From contig NZ_CP076130.1 in the NCBI RefSeq assembly GCF_018736065.1, positions 584,633 through 616,632 of the forward strand: 32,000 bases of DNA. The letters are read 5' to 3'. Made by a program: the position numbers and the translations under genes. The notes beneath the pieces are model-generated. The model was not told the DNA's origin. It saw only the letters and a list, made by a program, of their open reading frames with translations, and did no database searches. Within the stretch, counting starts at the first letter, position 1. The number at the start of each line of letters is the position of its first letter. This stretch comes from Flammeovirga kamogawensis (GTDB taxonomy: Bacteria; Bacteroidota; Bacteroidia; Cytophagales; Flammeovirgaceae). Shown here piece by piece: positions 26,273 through 32,000 of this stretch.

Positions 26273-26285
26273 TATTTGTTAGTTG

Positions 26286-26921
26286 TTATTTAAGCGTAAT
26301 GTACGCTCCATTTTTTGTTATATTCCCGTTTTTAGAAGTTCTCTCTTTAGAGTAAAACTCCGAAGTAACGGGTCTGTCAGCCACACTTTGTAATGCTATA
26401 GAAAACTCTTGTTTCTTACCAGAGTCTATAATCAATTCTTTTATTTCAATTGCTGGAATACTTACTGTATACCAAGCCCAACCACCTTGTTCTCCTTTCT
26501 GAGTAACTTCAAAAGTTCCTATTTTACCACCTACTTGTGGGGCTTTTTTCCAAGTAATACTCTCTTCATTCCACTTATTAGATAATACGGTATGAACATC
26601 AATAATTGCATTTTTATCTGTTTGTTTACTAAATGCTTTTCCATACACATGTAAAACAATAAAATTTGCATTATCTAGTCCATCAATATTTTTCATGCTA
26701 AACTTCAAATAAGTTCTTCTACTGTACTTATTTTCTTTTTTCACATTACCTACTCTTAGCTTATTGCTTTGTGTGCTACCCATTGTTTTCACACTAGACT
26801 CACCACACTCTACATAAGCATCTTGCTTTACTTTTATTTTACCACCGTTCTTTGGTTCACCTGCTTGTACTAAAGAAACCATTCCTAAAGAAAAAAGTAG
26901 TATAAAAATTCTTGTTTTCAT
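26286..26921 (-). CDS. Secreted stand-alone DNRLRE-like (carbohydrate-binding-type) module protein, 211 aa
   Basis: Signal peptide MKTRIFILLFSLGMVSLVQA. DAYVECGESS...RRTYLKFSMKNIDGLDNANFIVLHVYGKA...IDVHTVLSNKWNEESITWKKAP fits the DNRLRE pattern (D.yv...YLkFdl...A.L.ly...v..v...W.E..iTW..aP) and the two modules in the adjacent giant protein. Confidence 0.6.
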   Translation of the reverse strand: MKTRIFILLFSLGMVSLVQAGEPKNGGKIKVKQDAYVECGESSVKTMGSTQSNKLRVGNVKKENKYSRRTYLKFSMKNIDGLDNANFIVLHVYGKAFSKQTDKNAIIDVHTVLSNKWNEESITWKKAPQVGGKIGTFEVTQKGEQGGWAWYTVSIPAIEIKELIIDSGKKQEFSIALQSVADRPVTSEFYSKERTSKNGNITKNGAYITLK

Positions 26922-26971
26922 TTCTGTATCTATTTAATTGTTTGCGCTATTCGTATTATTAATCTATGTTA

Positions 26972-26979
26972 CAAATGTA
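26972..26979 (-). promoter_or_regulatory. -7 box TACATTTG (plus strand CAAATGTA) for the DNRLRE-like gene
   Basis: Exact TAnnTTTG match, 51 nt upstream of ATG 26921. The same nonamer GTACATTTG occurs upstream of the gene at 28757. Confidence 0.45.
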
Positions 26980-27122
26980 CTTTTGATACTTATTAATAAG
27001 TGGAAAACTTGTACGTTTGAGAGGAACATTTATTCAAAAAACTGTCTTTTTGTTACTTTTAAGAGGATTTTCAGCGTTTACAATAAAAAAGTGTTGTATT
27101 AACACTAAACTTATTTGAAATG

Positions 27123-27152
27123 AAAAAAGCCACACATTTTTAAATGCATGGC
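27123..27152 (-). terminator. Rho-independent terminator of the free-standing beta-helix gene
   Basis: The minus strand reads GCCATGCATT-TAAA-AATGTGTGGC, a 10-bp stem with two G-U pairs, followed by TTTTTT. It lies 28 nt downstream of the stop at 27180. Confidence 0.75.
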
Positions 27153-27179
27153 CCTCTTATTGTTAAAGCAATTTTTGAT

Positions 27180-28757
27180 TTAAAAAAACAAACCTTCTTT
27201 TTTCAAATCTTTGATCCAATCAGGTAACTCACCTAATCTTAATTCTAACTGTGCCTCAAATAAAGATGTTGTTTTAACGGGTGTACCTACAGATTCTAAT
27301 ACATCAATTGTAGAAGCATCAAATGATGCACCTTCCTGTCCATGGAATCCAACTACAATAGGAGGAATAACTTTCCAAAACCAAGTATCTTTTGCCCAAA
27401 AAGTAAAATTCTGCTCTGCCGCATCTGTCTCCTTAAAGTTCCAAATTACTAAGTTTCTTAAATGGTTTGGAAGGTTTTGTCTAGCTCCACCACCTCTGCC
27501 TGCAAAGAATCCACCTTCGACACAATCAAAAAGTGTGTTTCTTGGTTGTGAGGCATGAGATTCAAAAGATGTATTCGGTGTCCATCGTGTTCTCCAAATA
27601 ACATTATTAGATGATGATCCGCCAGATACTCCATAAGAATGCCATACACCTGCCTGGTCATCACAATTTGCAATTAAAACACCCATAGATGCCGTCATAG
27701 AAATTGCATTATGCCCTGGGTTACCTTCGATAACACAATTTAATGCCGTAACTGCCGCAGATTTAGTTATGTGTACAGATCTACTAACATCTTTAAATCT
27801 ACAATCTTGAACCCAAGAATCTGTTACACCATTTAGATTTAATATACTCCAACCTCCATCATGTACAGCATCTTTATGATGCTTAAATTCATCTTTCCAA
27901 TTTCCTTCAAACGCTAAATGTTCAAAACCAATATGCTCTAAATGTGCATAAGATTTTAACGTCCACTCGTGTTTTGATTGTACATCATAATGAATTGGTT
28001 CTTCAAAAATTACATTCTTTCCTTCTATTGCCTTAACAATGTGTTTTTCGTTTACAATCACACCTTTGTTTAGAATGGTTTTCCAAGAAGGATCGCACTT
28101 AGCAGGGGCTAATTCATAATTTACTAAATCTGGAGCATTGTTTTTAACAGACAATAGAACCCAATCTCCTACTTTTATCTTATTAGTATTATCTACTTCA
28201 ACAGAAAAAGTTTCTCTCTTTGCATTTCTGCTAACGTTAGCAAGAAACTTATCAGCTCCTTTAGGTACTGTTTTAATTGCAAAAGGTGCTGTCCATAATT
28301 TTGAAGGATCTGCAGCCTTTAAATCTAAATCAAAAAATAAAATAGATCCATCCGTTCCTTTTCCTTCTCCTCTAAATACAATATTAGAAGATCTTACAGT
28401 GATAAGGTCTGTCTTGTCTTTCTTAGTATTGATGTAATACTTTCCTTTAGGGAAAAAGATAATCCCTTCTCCATTTTGTTCTGCTGCTGCAATTGCTTTT
28501 TGAATCGCTTTTTTATCTGATTTTTTATCATTTGGTTTTGCTCCAAAATCTGTAACATCAAATATTTTGTAGTCAGCTACAGGTATACCCACTTCGCTAT
28601 ATTCATATCCTACAAAAGAAAAGTTGGGTAACTTTGGTGTTTCTCCTGTCTCTTGGCATGCTTTGTACTCTTTCCAAACTTCACTTTCTTGTGCAAAAAC
28701 TGAAGATATAGAAACACTCAAAGTTGCTAGTAATGCTATAAGTAATTTCTTGTTCAT
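27180..28757 (-). CDS. Secreted right-handed beta-helix enzyme (Pectate_lyase_3-like N-terminus; DUF4955/PL29-like by memory), candidate polysaccharide lyase
   Basis: The likely start is ATG 28757 (MNKKLLIALLATLSVSISSVFAQ signal peptide). VTDFGAKPNDKKSDKKAIQKAIAAAEQNGEGIIFFPKGKYYI is the classic start of pectate-lyase-superfamily beta-helices. The rest is paralogous to aa ~711-1222 of the giant protein. Confidence 0.7.
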   Translation of the reverse strand: MNKKLLIALLATLSVSISSVFAQESEVWKEYKACQETGETPKLPNFSFVGYEYSEVGIPVADYKIFDVTDFGAKPNDKKSDKKAIQKAIAAAEQNGEGIIFFPKGKYYINTKKDKTDLITVRSSNIVFRGEGKGTDGSILFFDLDLKAADPSKLWTAPFAIKTVPKGADKFLANVSRNAKRETFSVEVDNTNKIKVGDWVLLSVKNNAPDLVNYELAPAKCDPSWKTILNKGVIVNEKHIVKAIEGKNVIFEEPIHYDVQSKHEWTLKSYAHLEHIGFEHLAFEGNWKDEFKHHKDAVHDGGWSILNLNGVTDSWVQDCRFKDVSRSVHITKSAAVTALNCVIEGNPGHNAISMTASMGVLIANCDDQAGVWHSYGVSGGSSSNNVIWRTRWTPNTSFESHASQPRNTLFDCVEGGFFAGRGGGARQNLPNHLRNLVIWNFKETDAAEQNFTFWAKDTWFWKVIPPIVVGFHGQEGASFDASTIDVLESVGTPVKTTSLFEAQLELRLGELPDWIKDLKKEGLFF

Positions 28758-28797
28758 TTCTTTCTTATATATTTGATTGTCTTTATTTATAGTCACT

Positions 28798-28805
28798 CAA
28801 ATGTA
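28798..28805 (-). promoter_or_regulatory. -7 box TACATTTG (plus strand CAAATGTA) for the beta-helix gene
   Basis: Exact TAnnTTTG match, 41 nt upstream of ATG 28757 and immediately next to the tracked start at 28796. This argues for 28757 as the real start. Confidence 0.45.
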
Positions 28806-29079
28806 CGTATCTGCTCTAATTGTATAGGGTAGTAAATTCCAATTTTACTCCATAAAAGTACTATATATCTGTTTGTAGTTAAAGTATACTTATTTAACTG
28901 ATGTAAAAGCGATGCTTATAAGTATTAATTTGTACAATTATTGAGGCAAAATGGGAACTATTGTTCAAATACATGTACATCATCATTATTATTCTACTGC
29001 TTGTTTTCTTTTTCTTTATTACGATTGTATAGCTTAAAAAATGCCTATTATTTTAAAAGAAAACGTAGTAATCAAAAAC

Positions 29080-30528
29080 TTATTTTGAAGCTTTATCTAA
29101 TTTTTTGAAATAACTATTAACCTTATAATCACAATACTTTGATAAAGGAGCCTGCTTTTTAGGAATCTCTTTTATTAACTTTTTGATAATTTGTTCCGAT
29201 GTGTCTAATTCAGCAATATTATTCCATTCATTAGGATCGTCTACAAGGTTGTATAATTCTTGAGTGCCATCTTCATATTGAATAAACTTATACTTTTTAT
29301 CTGTTACCGCTATATTGTTTTTACCATAGGATGTTATGGCAACGTGATTCCACTTCACGTAAGTATTTCCCATTAACGGCACTAAAGAATGCCCATCATT
29401 TTTCTTGTTTTCTGTTAACCCTGCCAACTCTAATAATGTTGGGTAAATATCTACTAGTTGAACAGGTTCATTAGTTACTTTACTGCCTGTATTTTTAGGT
29501 AATTTAAACGCAAGTACAGAACGTGTATCTCTTGTCCATAATGCTTGTTTTGCAAACCTATTCTTCTCTCCCAAGTGATACCCATGATCTGAAAATAAAA
29601 CAACAATGGTGTTGTCTGCATATACCGATTCTTCTAAAGCATTTAAGACTTTACCTATCTGAGCATCCACAAAATAAATACAGGCTAAATATGCTTGAAC
29701 TGCCTCTTTCCATTGTCCTCTTTGAATAAGTTCCTCTGTAGTTGGCATCATTGGGACATCTGCTATTTGCCTACCTAAAGTCGGTACATCTTGTAAATCA
29801 TCTTTTTTATATGGAGGTAAAACAATATCATTTATTGGAAATGGAGTAAACCATTTTGCAGGAACATACCAAGGTACATGAGGTCTTACAAAACCGACTG
29901 CCATAAAAAATGGCTTATCATGTTTTTGTTGTAATTGATTTACTGCCCATTTTGCTGATTGAAAATCGCCTGTTTCTCTATCTTTTTCTGGAAACTTGCC
30001 CCAATCTGTTACCGTTCCTTTTGGTTTTCCAAACCATTCTGGATTGTAATTAAAATGCTTTTTAGGGTAAGGGCCATAGGTATCGAACTTATCTCCATAA
30101 ACATCAAAAACATGCTGGTCGTCACCCCTATGGAAAATCTTACCAACACCTATAGAAGTGTATCCATTTTGTTCAAAATAGTCTGGAAGGTAGATCGCTT
30201 CTTGTACCACCGTATTTGCTTTTTTAATAACGGTGTCCTCTAATTGAACATAATTACCTGTAGTTGTTGGATACATACCTGTTAATAAACTAGCCCTTGA
30301 AGGACCACAAATTGGTGCCTGACAATGTGCGTTTGTAAATAAAATACCTTGATTGGCTAACTTGTCAATATTAGGCGTTTTTACTTGTGGATGACCTCCA
30401 AGAACACCTACCCAATCGTTTAAATCGTCTACAGCAATCATTAAAACATTAGGTTTTTCATTTTCTTGAGCTGTAAGGTACAAAGGAAAAAGAATGCACA
30501 TCGTAATATATAAGGCAATACGTCTCAT
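29080..30528 (-). CDS. Cys-type sulfatase (S1 family), second copy
   Basis: Signal peptide MRRIALYITMCILFPLYLTAQ. Motifs are NVLMIAVDDLNDWVG, AHCQAPICGPSRASLLTG (C-x-P-S-R), GKIFH and LFSDHGYHLGE. It is clearly diverged from the sulfatase at 906..2459. Confidence 0.9.
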   Translation of the reverse strand: MRRIALYITMCILFPLYLTAQENEKPNVLMIAVDDLNDWVGVLGGHPQVKTPNIDKLANQGILFTNAHCQAPICGPSRASLLTGMYPTTTGNYVQLEDTVIKKANTVVQEAIYLPDYFEQNGYTSIGVGKIFHRGDDQHVFDVYGDKFDTYGPYPKKHFNYNPEWFGKPKGTVTDWGKFPEKDRETGDFQSAKWAVNQLQQKHDKPFFMAVGFVRPHVPWYVPAKWFTPFPINDIVLPPYKKDDLQDVPTLGRQIADVPMMPTTEELIQRGQWKEAVQAYLACIYFVDAQIGKVLNALEESVYADNTIVVLFSDHGYHLGEKNRFAKQALWTRDTRSVLAFKLPKNTGSKVTNEPVQLVDIYPTLLELAGLTENKKNDGHSLVPLMGNTYVKWNHVAITSYGKNNIAVTDKKYKFIQYEDGTQELYNLVDDPNEWNNIAELDTSEQIIKKLIKEIPKKQAPLSKYCDYKVNSYFKKLDKASK

Positions 30529-30640
30529 TTCTTGTCTGTTAATTATTGATTAAAGACAACGATACTCTATTTATCTACGCACTCCAATAAAAAAATAAAT
30601 TGTGTACAATCCTGCTATTTTTATGTATTTCTTAATGGTT

Positions 30641-31531
30641 TTAGATAGTGATTAATCTTCGAATTATATCATTTAAGGAGTCTTGTGCTTCTTTCATTAC
30701 AGGAAGAAAAGGCCAAATATGTGGCATGTTTTTTCCTTCAATAACTTCTAGATTTACATTGGCTTTCTTCATCTTTAATTCGACCAATTTTGTATCTGGA
30801 TACATAATGTCGTTTTGAGAAAGAAACAAGGTTGTTTCAGGAAACCCTTCAAAGTCTCCATACAAAGGAGAAATCATAGGGTCTTTCAAATCCATGGTGC
30901 CTGCACACATCTTTTTTGCACTCAATACTCCAGCTCTTGAAAGCATTGGGTCTAATTTTTCAAAAGTATTAATTTCTGGATTAGACATACTAGCATCCAT
31001 TACAGGAGAAACAAGAATTAATTTAGCTGGTAATTCAATTTCATTTATTCTTAAACGCTGAATTAATGCAGTAGCTAAAGTACCCCCAACAGAATCTCCG
31101 ATAATAGCAATATGGTTTGGTTGATAATTCTTTAGTGCTTTAGAATATATTGCATCAATATTTTCAGAGATTTTTGCTATCTGATTTTCTGGTGCTTTTG
31201 GATAATCACACATCCAAATTGTATAGTTCGTTTTTATTGCAATTTCTTTTATTGTATCCCAATGATGTTGAGTAGGGCCAGAAATAAATGCACCTCCATG
31301 AATAAAAATTAGTAATTTATCAGCTTTTTCTACACATCCTATTTCTGTAATTAAGGATTCTAAAACTTTAATTTTTTGCAGTATATGTCTCTTGAAAAAA
31401 CGATTATTTGGTAGCTTAACATCTTCTTTCCTAATCTTTTTGAAATCTATTGGTACCTTACTAAAGTCTCTTTTAATTCCTTTTAATTTTATAACCAAGA
31501 GTATGATATAATATGCTAAGCTTTGTTTCAT
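30641..31531 (-). CDS. Alpha/beta hydrolase fold-3 (hormone-sensitive-lipase family) esterase, N-terminally membrane-anchored or secreted
   Basis: N-terminal hydrophobic segment AYYIILLVIKL. It has the HGGAF oxyanion motif (LIFIHGGAFISG), the nucleophile elbow IIGDSVGGTLA and the C-terminal MPHIWP His. In this context it is a likely carbohydrate deacetylase. Confidence 0.8.
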   Translation of the reverse strand: MKQSLAYYIILLVIKLKGIKRDFSKVPIDFKKIRKEDVKLPNNRFFKRHILQKIKVLESLITEIGCVEKADKLLIFIHGGAFISGPTQHHWDTIKEIAIKTNYTIWMCDYPKAPENQIAKISENIDAIYSKALKNYQPNHIAIIGDSVGGTLATALIQRLRINEIELPAKLILVSPVMDASMSNPEINTFEKLDPMLSRAGVLSAKKMCAGTMDLKDPMISPLYGDFEGFPETTLFLSQNDIMYPDTKLVELKMKKANVNLEVIEGKNMPHIWPFLPVMKEAQDSLNDIIRRLITI

Positions 31532-31614
31532 TTTTAAATTTTTGTTATTAGATAATCAACCTGTGAGAGAACATTACCCAAATATGGAGTTTTAGCTGTT
31601 ATAGAGTTCAATAT

Positions 31615-32000
31615 TTAAGGGACTATTTTGAGATCAATTACTTCAGTAATTAAAGTTGAAAACTTTATAAGTTTAGGTATTTCCAATTTTAATGGTCTTC
31701 CTTTTAATTTTTCACTTTTGATTAAAATTCTGAATTCTTTCTGATATTCATATTGTTTAGCCTTGTGAAAATACCCAAGTTTACCATTATAACTTTCTTT
31801 ATCATAATAATTAACTTTCTCGATTTGAACAGATGATGATGGATCGATTTTTCGTATACTTTCAAAAATAGAATTCTTTATAAAATGATAATTTTTATAT
31901 GCAATTGCTGATGTTCCAAATTCATATACTTTTTTATCAAATTTCTCAATATGCTCATCGCTATTAGAATCAATTTCTATTAAATAAAAACAACAAATTA
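31615..32000 (-). CDS. Hypothetical protein, 3' portion only (5' end beyond the window); possibly DUF2971-like
   Basis: This ORF is not in the supplied track. My hand translation of the minus strand from 31998 gives 127 codons with no stop (...EHIEKFDKKVYEFGTSAIAYKNYHF...VNYYDKESYNGKLGYFHKAKQYEYQKEFRILIKSEKLKGRPLKLEIP...IVP*) and ends at TAA 31615..31617. F.K...YEYQKEFRI recalls the DUF2971 C-terminal motif, from memory only. Confidence 0.4.
   Translation of the reverse strand, partial: ICCFYLIEIDSNSDEHIEKFDKKVYEFGTSAIAYKNYHFIKNSIFESIRKIDPSSSVQIEKVNYYDKESYNGKLGYFHKAKQYEYQKEFRILIKSEKLKGRPLKLEIPKLIKFSTLITEVIDLKIVP

Noticed and set aside
28951-29037. 28-aa plus-strand ORF (MGTIVQIHVHHHYYSTACFLFLYYDCIA) in the 283-nt spacer between the beta-helix gene and the sulfatase
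   Set aside because: It is short, on the opposite strand from the flanking genes, and shows no promoter or terminator signals. It is probably a chance ORF.
1-32000. Scan for CRISPR arrays, tRNA/rRNA genes, IS elements, integrases, long direct or inverted DNA repeats and prophage genes
   Set aside because: I saw nothing of the kind. The only repeats are at the protein-module level (cadherin-like, choice-of-anchor-J-like, DNRLRE-like and beta-helix paralogs) and are too diverged to show as DNA repeats. I also found no flanking direct repeats around the AT-rich cassette that would prove mobile-element insertion.

Overview
The window looks like a low-GC Bacteroidota locus. It has a SusC/SusD pair, many lipoproteins, two type-A T9SS C-terminal sorting domains and TAnnTTTG-type -7 promoter boxes. 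Almost all of it is one large polysaccharide utilization locus (PUL) built as two convergent arms.

Left arm (1..14313, mostly + strand): an ExuT-like MFS permease (5'-truncated), a Cys-type sulfatase, a DUF1961/YesU-like ConA-fold protein and a divergent DUF4861-like lipoprotein. These are followed by an operon of a cadherin-repeat surface lipoprotein, SusC, SusD and three more lipoproteins.

Right arm (17066..31531, - strand): a T9SS-secreted esterase, a GH88 unsaturated glucuronyl hydrolase and an 1835-aa mosaic T9SS protein with a right-handed beta-helix core. Then come a stand-alone DNRLRE-like module protein, a 525-aa free-standing paralog of the beta-helix core, a second sulfatase and an HSL-type esterase. 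Several of these genes have their own hairpin terminator.

The gene set (GH88, two sulfatases, two or three esterases, a hexuronate-type permease) points to a sulfated, possibly acetylated, uronic-acid polysaccharide (GAG-like or a marine analogue). No classical polysaccharide lyase and no regulator are recognisable. The beta-helix paralogs are therefore the best candidates for the missing lyase.

Between the arms lies a visibly more AT-rich, tightly packed three-gene cassette (14376..15814, - strand). It encodes a 235-aa soluble protein, a 133-aa protein ending in a Gly/Cys-rich hydrophobic tail after a GG motif, and a 95-aa three-TM protein. I cannot assign it to any described system, and it is the strongest candidate for something new.

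I found no rRNA, tRNA, CRISPR array, transposase or integrase. All family calls come from motif recognition by eye; no searches were run.
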